From: Terriglobia bacterium
GTDB lineage: Bacteria; Acidobacteriota; Terriglobia; 20CM-2-55-15
Direction of reading: 5' to 3'
Length of the DNA: 64,000 bases
Assembly (NCBI GenBank): GCA_965198225.1
Contig: CBDAOY010000005.1
Location: 448,001 to 512,000 of the forward strand
The notes beneath the pieces are model-generated. The model made no database searches. It was not told the DNA's origin and worked only from the letters and a program-made list of their open reading frames with translations. Position 1 is the first letter of the stretch. The number at the start of each line of letters is the position of its first letter. Both the position numbers and the translations under genes were made by a program. This document shows, piece after piece, positions 39,220-49,036 of the stretch.

Positions 39220-40110
39220 CTACGCCAGGGCGGTATCGAACAGGGCGAGCAGCCGGCTCCATGCCCGCTCCGCCTGGGCCTCGTTGTACACGTCCGAGTC
39301 CGGTGGGCACCAGCCGTGCAGGGTGTCCTGATAAACCTCGATCTCTGCCGGGAGTCCGGCGCCGGCATAGACTTCACGGAGCACATTCTTTGCTTCCGGA
39401 TCGCGCTCGTCATCGTTCTCCGCAATCGCGAACAGAAAGTGGGCTTTCGTGTCGGGAACCAGCAGGTGCGGACTATCGGGCTGGTCCGTCACCAATCCGC
39501 CACCGTGGAAGGACGCGCCTGCCCCGATACGCCCGGGTACAGCGGCTGCGGTACGCATCGTGATCGGACCGCCCATGCAGTACCCCGTGGTGCCGATTCT
39601 CCGGTTCGTGTCGACGGCTGCCTGCCGGTCCAGGAAGGTCACGAAGGCCCGGGCGTCCCTCATGTGGGTTGTGGCGTTCAGCGAACGCGCCAACGGGAAG
39701 ACGATATTGCGAATCTCCTCGTCCTGGAAGCTTGCGCCATCGGGAACCACCGGGGCCCTGCTGTTCCGGTAGAACGGGTTGACGACCAACACCGAATAGC
39801 CCGATTCGGCGAGCCTCCGGCCCATCATCCTGAATGCCGGGCGCAGGCCGAGTATGTCCGGCCAAACAATGACGCCAGGATGTTCGCCGCTCGACGGATG
39901 CACGAAATAGGAATCTGCGCTTCCATCAGGTGTTGGAACATCGACATCCGCTTCCGTCACGGCTTGCGCATCGGCGGCCCTCGGCAAGAGCATTGCCAAA
40001 CCCATTCCGACCGATAGTGTGCTGAACTGGCGCCTTGTCAGACTCCCGGTTCGGCTCAGGTACTTGTTCGTGTCCTTAACTGTCTTTTCGTCGCACATGA
40101 GTTCCTCCAT
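39220..40110 (-). CDS. dienelactone hydrolase family protein with Tat-like signal
   Basis: TRRQF..AADA signal; WPDILGLRP, GYCMGG nucleophile, SFHGG, HGW. Confidence 0.9.
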   Translation of the reverse strand: MEELMCDEKTVKDTNKYLSRTGSLTRRQFSTLSVGMGLAMLLPRAADAQAVTEADVDVPTPDGSADSYFVHPSSGEHPGVIVWPDILGLRPAFRMMGRRLAESGYSVLVVNPFYRNSRAPVVPDGASFQDEEIRNIVFPLARSLNATTHMRDARAFVTFLDRQAAVDTNRRIGTTGYCMGGPITMRTAAAVPGRIGAGASFHGGGLVTDQPDSPHLLVPDTKAHFLFAIAENDDERDPEAKNVLREVYAGAGLPAEIEVYQDTLHGWCPPDSDVYNEAQAERAWSRLLALFDTALA

Positions 40111-40324
40111 CGGCGGGAGCCTGAACCTTCATCACCGTCGGTGCAGGCCCACTCTCTCCGGGCTCGATCACCCGCAAATAAAGCACAGGTGGGACGGGAG
40201 ATCAATTGAAGAGTAAACTAGCCTGACAAACCGCTCGACAGACTTGGGTAGCGAAGTCTTCCCCGGCCTCAGTCGCGGGTACCTTTTCTGCCCGCCAGCG
40301 GAACTTCGGGAGTTGCATTCCAAC

Positions 40325-41533
40325 ATGAGTCTGATCCTACGGCGGGTCCTCCTTATTGCTGCCCTGGGGGCGCTTGTACTTGCCGCGTTCTTCGGTACCC
40401 GTACTCCATCTTCGAGCACACCGGACTCCGCGTCTCTTCCGCGGTCGTCCTTCGCGTGGAACCAGGCAGAGTTAGAGGCGGGACTCGCGCACTGGGACGA
40501 AGTCTTTCCCGGACGTGAGGTGCGGCGGGGGTCGCAGGTTAATGAGCTCGCTCCTGGCAATGCGCTCGCGCCATTCTCGGCGGGCGGACCCTGGGAAGAG
40601 GAGCTCGAGCGGTTCATCGCCGAACAGAGGGTCGCGGGCCTGATCGTGCTGCACCGAGGGATGGTCCGGCTGGAGCGGTACGCGCTTGGGCACAGCGTCA
40701 CCGGCCGCTGGACGTCACAGTCCATGGCGAAGTCCGTTACGAGTACGCTCGTCGGCGCCGCGGTGAGGGATGGCTTCATTTCTAGTATCGACGACCCCGT
40801 CACGACATACATCCCTGACCTCCGGGGCAGCGCCTACGAGGGTGTCACCGTCCGTCATCTGATGACGATGACCTCGGGAGCGCAGTGGAGGGAAGACTAC
40901 ACGGATCCCGCGTCCGACATCGCCCGTTTCTACTCCGCGCCGCCGGAGCCGGGAATGGATGCGACGGTAAGCTACATGCGCGGGCTGGGGCGGGAGGCGG
41001 CGCCCGGCACAAAGTGGGTCTACAAGACCGGCGAGACGCACCTCCTGGGCGTCCTCGTATCCTCCGCGACTGGGCAGCCACTGGCCGAGTACCTCTCATC
41101 GAAGATCTGGCGGCCGTACGGCATGGAGCAATCAGCTTCGTGGTCAATCGACCGGACCGATCACGAATTGGCTGGCTGCTGTCTCCAGGCGACTCTCCGG
41201 GACTTCGCGCGGTACGGTCAATTCGTCCTCGAAGGTGGGCGGATCGACGGCCGCTCGATCGTTCCCGACGGCTGGTTTGAGGAAGCCACTCGGACGCAGG
41301 CGTCGACGGGTTTCGCCGGTCGTGGGTACGGATACCAGTGGTGGACAGCCGACGACGGGACCTTCGATGCCATCGGTATTCACGGTCAGCTCATCCACAT
41401 CGATCCTGCACGGCGGCTCGTTGTGGTGCTCAACAGTGCATGGCCGGCCGCGACGGGTCGGGAACGATCATCAGCGCAGAGGAATCTCTTGAGCACGATC
41501 GCGGCAGCGATAGACGATGAGGGCTCAGGCTAG
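40325..41533 (+). CDS. serine hydrolase, beta-lactamase class C / 6-aminohexanoate-dimer hydrolase-like
   Basis: SMAK (SxxK), HLMTMTSG, YKT, LRDFARYG, YGYQWW, GIHGQ. Confidence 0.9.
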   Translation: MSLILRRVLLIAALGALVLAAFFGTRTPSSSTPDSASLPRSSFAWNQAELEAGLAHWDEVFPGREVRRGSQVNELAPGNALAPFSAGGPWEEELERFIAEQRVAGLIVLHRGMVRLERYALGHSVTGRWTSQSMAKSVTSTLVGAAVRDGFISSIDDPVTTYIPDLRGSAYEGVTVRHLMTMTSGAQWREDYTDPASDIARFYSAPPEPGMDATVSYMRGLGREAAPGTKWVYKTGETHLLGVLVSSATGQPLAEYLSSKIWRPYGMEQSASWSIDRTDHELAGCCLQATLRDFARYGQFVLEGGRIDGRSIVPDGWFEEATRTQASTGFAGRGYGYQWWTADDGTFDAIGIHGQLIHIDPARRLVVVLNSAWPAATGRERSSAQRNLLSTIAAAIDDEGSG

Positions 41534-41707
41534 CAGGAACTCCCGGCACGGGTTTGAAGCCGTCAGGGGAGAACGGTAGACGCGACAACCCTCTTTCGAC
41601 TGGCGCTGTCGGCCGGCATGGTCCTCACGCTGCTTAACCCCAATTTCATCCTGTGCAGCCATGTGTCAGAGCGCACGGGTGTACGCATGGCGGGAGCCAT
41701 ATGTTGC

Positions 41708-41995
41708 TCAAGTGAGAAAGAAAACGGCGGCAATTGCTGCGAACGCGGCGGCAGCCTGCATGGCGAGTACCTGCAGCGCCTGTGTCGGACTGCGTGGCAG
41801 CCACTTGATCGCGAAAAACGCCGCGACCGGCACCTGAGCCACCATGAGTATCTGAAAGATGTGTGCAGCAGTCCCTTCGTCGGCCTCGTGGACAATGCCG
41901 AATATTGCAGCGTGAACAAGCACCATGGTGAGTGCGACGAGCGACATCGCCAGAGGAAGAAAAGCGCTCGGCTGCCTGATCGATGGGACGTTCAT
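41708..41995 (-). CDS. small membrane protein
   Basis: three hydrophobic segments, DEGTAAHIFQ loop, GGAGG RBS. Confidence 0.7.
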   Translation of the reverse strand: MNVPSIRQPSAFLPLAMSLVALTMVLVHAAIFGIVHEADEGTAAHIFQILMVAQVPVAAFFAIKWLPRSPTQALQVLAMQAAAAFAAIAAVFFLT

Positions 41996-42158
41996 TTGGG
42001 AACCTCCAGAGTGTGTTTCGCTTGGCCGTCTCCAGCGTCTCCAGACTCATCGAGATCGAAGGCCGCGAGTCTACCGACAATTACTTTGTTATGTAAAGTG
42101 ATGTGCTCGCTTGCTCGGATTTACTTTCAGATTCCGCGTGTTGTTTCACAAGTCTGAG

Positions 42159-43916
42159 TCAGGCAACGGAGTGTCTCAAGACCTCTCCTGGCAGAGCTTC
42201 TGTCAACTGATTGTTATCGATCACCGGTACGCCGTTGACGATGACATAGGGTATCCCTGCCGGGTATCCCGGCATCGCGTCGTTCTCATACGTGCAAAGA
42301 CTCGCGACGTTGTCGAGATCAAATACGGCGAGATCCGCCCGAAAGCCTTCCTTGATTAGACCTCTGTCCTGGAGGCGCAGGGCGTGTGCCGCCAAAGATG
42401 TCATTTTCCTCACCATGTCCTCAATTGGAACCAGCCTCTCTTCCCGGACCCAGATGAGAGCGTCACTGAATCCACTGTATGCGCTTGGGCGGACCCTTCG
42501 ATCGGATTCACCTGGCTTGGCCGTGCTTCCACCATCGGTACTCGGCATGGCGTTCGACCACATCAACTGGCTATTCCGGTCCTCCATGAGCTTGTTCGCG
42601 ACATGGATCTCCCCGTTTTCCTCGACGAGAATCTCGAAGAGGGCGTCAAGCAGGTCGACCCCCTTCATTTCGGCGATTACATCGAGTGTTTTTCTCTCGT
42701 ATTCGGGGTTCTCAAAACGCCCATTGACTGGGGGGAATATCCAGACGCCATCCCCCCTTCCAGTTCTAATGAGGAGTAGCCGCGCCGTCGTGTTCTCGAA
42801 ACCCATCTCCGCAGGTGACTTCGTGAGCAGTTCTTCCTTCAGTGCAGCCCGCTGCTCCGGGTCTCGCAGCCTTTCGAGGAGGCCCTCTCTTCCGTCTTCG
42901 AAATAGGCAGGGGAGAAGACCGACCGACCTGGCCATCTGGCTACCGAGCCCCAGTTACTGGGAAGGATGTCTACCAGGACGTCGATTCCCTCCTCCCTTG
43001 CGGCGAAGATCAGGTCGTGAACCTTGTCATCGAGGTCTGGATCTCCGGAGTAGGGCGAGTTGCTGCTGAGATGGGAAATCTGGACAACCCTTATTCCAGA
43101 CCTCCTTCCAATCTCAATGGCCTCATCGACCGCCCGATACACGGAACCTTCTTCCCCTGACCACCCGAGAACTTTTGAGCTGAAGTCTCTGAGATGGGTC
43201 GCGTAGATGCCCCCATATTCGGCAGCGACCTTGGCCAGTTCTACAACCTCATCGGTGTGGGCGTAGACACCCGGGGAATATGCGAGACCCGTGGAGAGTC
43301 CTGCTGCGCCCTGTTGTATGGCTTCTCTTACGAGGTCTTTCATCTCGTCGAGCTGCTTCTCGGTGGGTGCACCGTGGTTTCCCTCCATCACGTACCGCCT
43401 CACGGAGCCGTGCCCAACCAGCGTGGCCATGTTCAGGCCGATCCCACTTTGTTCAACCCGATTGAAGTATTCGTCCCAGGTCGACCAGTTGTCGTCCTCG
43501 TCTGGCGCACCTCTACGTGGTACTGGGCTTCCACCACAATTGCCGTTTACCTCTGTGGTGATGCCCTGTCGGATCTTACTTTCCATCCATGGATCAACGA
43601 ACATCCTCGTGTCAGAGTGGCTGTGGACGTCGATAAACCCTGGACTGACGTAGAGTCCGTCGACGTCGATGGCTCTGCCGGCCTTTGTCTCATCCACTCT
43701 GCCGATCTTGCTTATCCGTCCTTGTTTTAGGCCGATATCCGCCTTGAACCACGGGTTACCGGCACCGTCCAGGATTCGGCCGTTTTTTAGAACAAGATCA
43801 TGCGTGTCGGAAGTCGCCTGCTCGCCGGCTTCGCACCCGTACGCAGCGGCGGACACCGCGGCAGCGGACGCCGCGGCGGCGGACGACAAAAACTCTCTTC
43901 TTTTCACTTGAGCCAC
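42159..43916 (-). CDS. N-acyl-D-amino-acid deacylase (D-aminoacylase family), probable Tat lipoprotein
   Basis: KRREFLS..AAAYGC; SPGFIDVHSHSD, GNCG, GLSTGLAYSPG, RGLIKEGFRADLAVFD. Confidence 0.9.
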   Translation of the reverse strand: MAQVKRREFLSSAAAASAAAVSAAAYGCEAGEQATSDTHDLVLKNGRILDGAGNPWFKADIGLKQGRISKIGRVDETKAGRAIDVDGLYVSPGFIDVHSHSDTRMFVDPWMESKIRQGITTEVNGNCGGSPVPRRGAPDEDDNWSTWDEYFNRVEQSGIGLNMATLVGHGSVRRYVMEGNHGAPTEKQLDEMKDLVREAIQQGAAGLSTGLAYSPGVYAHTDEVVELAKVAAEYGGIYATHLRDFSSKVLGWSGEEGSVYRAVDEAIEIGRRSGIRVVQISHLSSNSPYSGDPDLDDKVHDLIFAAREEGIDVLVDILPSNWGSVARWPGRSVFSPAYFEDGREGLLERLRDPEQRAALKEELLTKSPAEMGFENTTARLLLIRTGRGDGVWIFPPVNGRFENPEYERKTLDVIAEMKGVDLLDALFEILVEENGEIHVANKLMEDRNSQLMWSNAMPSTDGGSTAKPGESDRRVRPSAYSGFSDALIWVREERLVPIEDMVRKMTSLAAHALRLQDRGLIKEGFRADLAVFDLDNVASLCTYENDAMPGYPAGIPYVIVNGVPVIDNNQLTEALPGEVLRHSVA

Positions 43917-44401
43917 CTCTATCGGAAAGCAGATTATCCGAAAAAACCCTCGGGCAGGAGTCGGTCGGATCGCGGCCGCCGTCCTCTGCTGCCTGGATTC
44001 TGGCGTTCTGCTTCCTGCAAGTCAACATGACAGCCCAACGGCGACGGATCCGCCGTGCGTCTTGCCAAACACTGCACTGCGAACCTCACTTGTTCTGCTT
44101 GTCGACCAGAGTTTTGATCATGACCGCTGGATTTTCACCGGCTACGACCTCGGTGTTGCCATCGACAACGGCTACTCGAAGCGTTCGCGCGGGCCGCACC
44201 CACCGGGCTCGATTCACGTGGCGCGCGCACGACATGGATCGTATTTCCGTTTACTGGAGCCTCGGAATTGCCCTACACTCACCCCATCTTCATATGCCTG
44301 GGCCTCATATTCTGCCTATCCGCTCGAAGCAGCGGGTGCCGACGGGGCGGTAGGTAACCGCGTCCGCCTCTTCTAAACTGCCCTTCAGGAAGGAAGGCCA
44401 C

Positions 44402-46894
44402 ATGAAAGCCCTGACGCTTCTAGTTGCTGTTGCCGCGGTTCTTTTCTCTGGCCCGGCCGGGCGCTTGTTGCTCGAACCCGGCGTGCAAGCGGCGGCAGAA
44501 CCCGGGGCTTCAATGAGTCAGTCCGGTGGCCGCTTCAACTGGCCGTCGTTCCGGGGTCCCAACGCCTCAGGAATCGCCGACGGCCAGGCACCGCCGGTTC
44601 GCTGGAACGCCGCCACGCAGCAAAATGTCGCCTGGAGGACGCCGATCCCGGGTCTCGGCCATTCGAGTCCGGTGGTGTGGAACGACCGCGTCTTCGTCAC
44701 CAGCGCCGTCAGCTCGGATCTGAATTCGGTGTTCAAATTCGGCCGTGACGGAAGCATCGACCGGCGCACCGACACCTCCGAGCACATCTGGACGGTGTAT
44801 GCGCTGGATCGGTACAACGGCGCGGTCTTGTGGCAACACGAGGCCTTCCGGGGCGTGCCGCGAATCCAGCGGCACCCCAAGAACAGCTACGCCTCGGCGA
44901 CACCTGCAACCGACGGCGAGCGCCTGGTCGTGATGTTCGGATCGGAGGGGCTCTATTGCTACGACCTCGGCGGTGAATTGCTGTGGAGCCGCGATCTGGG
45001 GCCCATCGACGGCGGCGCTTCATACGACGATACCTATCACTGGGGGTCTGCCAGCTCGCCGATCATCTATCGGGGCCTGGTCATCGTGCAGGCCGATCAG
45101 CAGGAGGATTCGTTTATCGCCGCCTACGACGTGGTGAGCGGTGACGAGGCGTGGCGCACGGCGCGCGATGTGATCTCGTCGTTCTCCACGCCGACGGTAT
45201 ACGAGGGCGACGACCGAACCGAGCTGATCACCAACGGTCCCGAGAGAATCTACGGCTACGACCCCCTCAGTGGGGAGCTCCTCTGGATGCTGCGCGGCAG
45301 CTCGTTCAACACCACACCGACGCCGGTCATCGGCGACGGCCTGTTCTTTGTGGCGAGCGGCTATCGGATCCGGCCGATTTTCGCGATCCGCCCCGGTGCC
45401 AACGGCGACATCTCGCTGTCGGAGGACGAAAGGGCTAACGAGTTCGTCGCCTGGAGCTCGCCGCGCTTCGGCCCCTACATGACCACGCCGCTGGTGTATC
45501 GCGATCAGCTGTACGTGGTTTCGGACGGGGGCGTGGTGACCACGTTTCAAGCCACCAGTGGCGAACGCGTGTATCAGGCGCGGCTCGGCAACGTCGGCGG
45601 TGCCTACACCGCCTCGCCGATTGCCGCCGAGGGTCGCATCTATGCCGCCAGCGAGGATGGCGACGTGTTCGTGTTCAAGGCCGGCGATGAGCACGAACTT
45701 CTGGCGGTAAACCCGGTCGGCGAGGTGATCTTGGCAACGCCCGCCATCTCGGAGGGGCAGGTATTCGTGCGCACGACGCGGCACCTGTTTGCCTTTGCGG
45801 AAAGCGCATCGCCGGCGACGACGGCCGGCGAATCCAGTGAACCGCCGAACTACCGCGCCTACGATCAACTCGGCATACACGAAGAGAGGTCGGCATCGCT
45901 CAGCTTCGGCGATATCGACGGCGATGGAGATCGGGATATCGTAGTTGCCAACGGCCGGCACTGGCCGGGCCGGAGCCGCATATTCGTGAACAACGGAACC
46001 GGCGGCTTCACCGTCGAGCGCCCGCTCGGTGAGGATGCCGCCACCAGCTACGCAACGGCGATTGCCGACCTCGACTACGACGGCGATCTCGACGTCGCCG
46101 TCGGCAACGACCTCGCTCCGAACCTCGTGTACTGGAACAACGGCGACGGCCGCTTCACGCCGGGTCCGTCTTTCGGTGGGATCGACAGCACGCGCAGCAT
46201 CTTGCTGGCCGATCTCGATGGCGATGCGCGCATCGACATTCTGGTGAACAACCGGGGCATGGAAAACGGCATTTACTTTAACGATCGGGGTCCGATCTTC
46301 GAGCGACGGGGATCGTTCGGCAACCGGGCCGACTCGACGATCGACGTCGCCGCGGCCGATCTGAACGGCGACGACTACCTGGACCTGGCGTTGGCCAATC
46401 GCGACGGCCAGCCCAACGTGGTTTATTTCAACGACGGTGAAGGCTCCTTCCCGACCTCGCGTCCGTACGGCACCGGCAGCGACGAGACCCGCGCCGTGGA
46501 GGTCGCCGATCTCGACGGCGACGGCCACCTCGACATCATCAACGGCAACATCGAGGAGGCCAACGCGGTGTATTTCGGCGATGGGGCAGGGAGCTTCGAG
46601 CGTCGCGTGACGTTCGGGCGCGACGACGGCCGTACATACACGCTGGCGGTGGCTGACATGGATCGCGACGGCGCGCTCGATATCGTCGTCGGCAACGCCG
46701 GGCAAGCCAACACGATGTTCCTGAATCGTGACCAGGGACGGCGCTTCGAGGCCGTCACGCTCGGTGATCCGAAACTCGTGACCTACGGCATCGCCCTGGC
46801 CGACATCGATGGTGACGGTATTCCGGAAATCGCTACCGCGAACTCCGACGGCCCCAATATGTTGTACCGACGGGGGCCGCGCCAGCGCCGGTGA
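44402..46894 (+). CDS. PQQ-like beta-propeller fused to FG-GAP/VCBS repeat domain
   Basis: WPSFRGP..GLGHSSPVVW..YASATPATDG propeller, then repeated DxDGDGxLD repeats. Confidence 0.88.
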   Translation: MKALTLLVAVAAVLFSGPAGRLLLEPGVQAAAEPGASMSQSGGRFNWPSFRGPNASGIADGQAPPVRWNAATQQNVAWRTPIPGLGHSSPVVWNDRVFVTSAVSSDLNSVFKFGRDGSIDRRTDTSEHIWTVYALDRYNGAVLWQHEAFRGVPRIQRHPKNSYASATPATDGERLVVMFGSEGLYCYDLGGELLWSRDLGPIDGGASYDDTYHWGSASSPIIYRGLVIVQADQQEDSFIAAYDVVSGDEAWRTARDVISSFSTPTVYEGDDRTELITNGPERIYGYDPLSGELLWMLRGSSFNTTPTPVIGDGLFFVASGYRIRPIFAIRPGANGDISLSEDERANEFVAWSSPRFGPYMTTPLVYRDQLYVVSDGGVVTTFQATSGERVYQARLGNVGGAYTASPIAAEGRIYAASEDGDVFVFKAGDEHELLAVNPVGEVILATPAISEGQVFVRTTRHLFAFAESASPATTAGESSEPPNYRAYDQLGIHEERSASLSFGDIDGDGDRDIVVANGRHWPGRSRIFVNNGTGGFTVERPLGEDAATSYATAIADLDYDGDLDVAVGNDLAPNLVYWNNGDGRFTPGPSFGGIDSTRSILLADLDGDARIDILVNNRGMENGIYFNDRGPIFERRGSFGNRADSTIDVAAADLNGDDYLDLALANRDGQPNVVYFNDGEGSFPTSRPYGTGSDETRAVEVADLDGDGHLDIINGNIEEANAVYFGDGAGSFERRVTFGRDDGRTYTLAVADMDRDGALDIVVGNAGQANTMFLNRDQGRRFEAVTLGDPKLVTYGIALADIDGDGIPEIATANSDGPNMLYRRGPRQRR

Positions 46895-46991
46895 CCGATC
46901 AACCCTCCAGCCGCACCGATGTCGCTCGACGCCCGGTGTGGCCTGGAGGCGGGCACCTGATTCTATATGGACGAGTAGTCGTGCCGCCTCC

Positions 46992-47130
46992 CTCCCGAGT
47001 CCGCTCGAGAAGCCGACAGGCTCGCATGGTTTGAGCGCGAAGCTAAACTGCTCGCGTCGTTGAACCATCCCAACATCGCAGTATCCATGGGTTCGAGGAA
47101 AACGACGGCACGCACTGGTCATGGAACTGA
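46992..47130 (+). pseudogene. Ser/Thr kinase gene scrap
   Basis: reads DRLAWFEREAKLLASLNHPNIA / IHGFEENDGTH / LVMEL across frameshifts. Confidence 0.7.
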
Positions 47131-47179
47131 GGCGAGTTGGCACTGTCCGCCTATACAACGTTCGGCATAGAAGGACCAT

Positions 47180-47791
47180 ATGGATCGGCACTCGATAGTC
47201 CTAAGGGCCGCCAACCCCACGTTCGATGAAGGTCTGGCATGCGCCCACTACCTTGACGAAGCAGCCGAGGGGTTCTTTCGTTTAATGCTCGGTCGCCGCG
47301 CCGGGCACATAATCGCCACGGCGTTCCTCGAGCCCGACCACGACCTCTCCCACCAGTATGTGACTTTCGCAGAACGTGACGACATCATCGTGGGAATGGT
47401 ATTGGCGTACACGGCGGCGCAGCATCGCCGCTCCTCGCGCCAGCCCCTGAAGCGGGCTGCCGGAAGGCTTAATCTACGAATGAGGATCGTGGAAATACTG
47501 TTTGCTCCAATGATGCGGATTGTCGATTCAATCGCCGATGGCGATTTCTACCTCCTGTCCATCGCTGTTGATAAGGAACTTCGCGGCGATGGCGTCGGCT
47601 CCGTCTTGATGGACTTCGTTGAAGAGCGGGCCCGCGCCAGCGGATCGACTCGACTATCCCTCGACGTTTCAGCTAGGAATGAGGGAGCTTGCCGATTCTA
47701 CGAGCGCCGCGGGATGAACGTCGAGTCGCAGTGGCCGAAGCGATTCTCTATGCCGGGATTGACGTTCTATCGAATGACAAAGGGGCTCTGA
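47180..47791 (+). CDS. GNAT family N-acetyltransferase
   Basis: YLLSIAVDKELRGDGVGSVL, LSLDV..NEGACRFYERRG. Confidence 0.88.
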   Translation: MDRHSIVLRAANPTFDEGLACAHYLDEAAEGFFRLMLGRRAGHIIATAFLEPDHDLSHQYVTFAERDDIIVGMVLAYTAAQHRRSSRQPLKRAAGRLNLRMRIVEILFAPMMRIVDSIADGDFYLLSIAVDKELRGDGVGSVLMDFVEERARASGSTRLSLDVSARNEGACRFYERRGMNVESQWPKRFSMPGLTFYRMTKGL

Positions 47792-47826
47792 GCCTTCAAC
47801 GGGGAAGGGCTGAAGGGAGTAGCATC

Positions 47827-48564
47827 ATGAGTCACTACGTACTCGTTCACGGCGCCTGGGAAGGTGCTTGGTCTTGGGAAAAGGTTGTCCCTCTCCTTGA
47901 GGAGAAGGGGCACGAAGTCGTCACCGTCGAGCTTCCAGGCAGCTCGAGCAACAGGAAACCGGTTGACAAGGTCACCCAGTACGCCTATGTGACAGCGGTC
48001 GCGGAGGTGCTCGCAAACATCGACGGAAAAGTGGTGCTCGTCGGCCACAGCTTGGGCGGCACGATCATCTCCCAGGTGGCCGAGCGGTTCCCGGAACGCA
48101 TCGAGCGGCTCGTCTACGTGACGGCGTTCTTGCTCAAGAGCGGCGAAAACGCGCTTGAAACGATGCAGAGCGACCCAGCGGGTCAGCTCCTGCCAAAGCT
48201 TGTCTTCGCCGAGGACGAGTCCTACGCGGCGGTGCCCGAAGACGTATGGCGTGACGTCGCGTTCCACGACGCCCCGGCTGCCGCTATCGAAGCGGCGCTG
48301 CCCAGGCTCGCCGAGAAGCAGGCCACCGAACCCTTCCTTGCTAACCTCGAGCTCACCGACGAGCGTTTCGGCTCCGTACCCAAGTTCTACGTCCGCACCG
48401 GGATCGACCGCATCCTCACGCCGGCGCTCCAGGAGCGCATGATTCGAAACTGGCCTGTCGAGCAGGTCGTGACCCTCGAGGCCGGTCACTTCCCTCTGCT
48501 ATCTGTGCCCGCTGAGTTGGCGAGCGCGCTCCTGTCGCTCGGCGCCAGCGCAGGGGCTGCGTAG
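47827..48564 (+). CDS. alpha/beta hydrolase (methyl-esterase-like)
   Basis: VLVHGAW, GHSLGG nucleophile, DRIL, GHFP. Confidence 0.9.
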   Translation: MSHYVLVHGAWEGAWSWEKVVPLLEEKGHEVVTVELPGSSSNRKPVDKVTQYAYVTAVAEVLANIDGKVVLVGHSLGGTIISQVAERFPERIERLVYVTAFLLKSGENALETMQSDPAGQLLPKLVFAEDESYAAVPEDVWRDVAFHDAPAAAIEAALPRLAEKQATEPFLANLELTDERFGSVPKFYVRTGIDRILTPALQERMIRNWPVEQVVTLEAGHFPLLSVPAELASALLSLGASAGAA

Positions 48565-48717
48565 CCGGGCAATGTGCTTGGTCGTGGGAAAGGTTATCAC
48601 CTCCACCGTGGACGGGTATCGGGGCCTGAGGGCACGGATCTGATCCAGCCATGAGGGGCACAAGACACCGTGGGCTTCAGCCAGCTCACAAACGCCCGGT
48701 TCAGTCCGCCATGTTTG

Positions 48718-48885
48718 CTAGGTGCCCAACTGAGCGATTGCCTCGTCTGTGCTCCATACGGCATTCGCGATGAAACGGAAGTTCGTGATGGCGGCAAGAT
48801 AGCCATCACCATCCGGGATCTTCGCGGCCGCGGTTGCGTCCCTGACGACCGCAACCTCGAAGCCGAGTTCCAACAGCTCCCTGAG
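48718..48885 (-). pseudogene. C-terminal fragment of an isochorismatase/cysteine hydrolase
   Basis: LRELLELGFEVAVVRDATAA..GDGYLAAITNFRFIANAVWST; the N-terminal part is missing. Confidence 0.7.
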
Positions 48886-49036
48886 CGCCAACTCCTTCCT
48901 CCCATGGTATCCACCGGGCGGAGCGGTTTGATCACATCGACGATTGGCAGAACCTGAGCTGTAGCGGCCGGCAGCACCGGGACACATTCACTGTTTCCGG
49001 TGGCACGGGCCGCGGGTATAACATTGACATCAACCC

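Noticed and set aside
42083-42099. ACTTT-N7-AAAGT palindrome upstream of the small membrane gene
   Set aside because: The arms are only 5 bp and no cognate regulator is adjacent.
44085-44180. Possible IS91/ISCR transposase C-terminal remnant (EVVAGENPAVMIKTL on the minus strand)
   Set aside because: The similarity is too short and degenerate to support without a search.
45020-47191. 723-aa minus-strand ORF, and similar long antisense ORFs (5530-7011, 37754-39127, 49212-50549, 57118-58500)
   Set aside because: These are shadow frames of well-supported GC-rich genes on the opposite strand.
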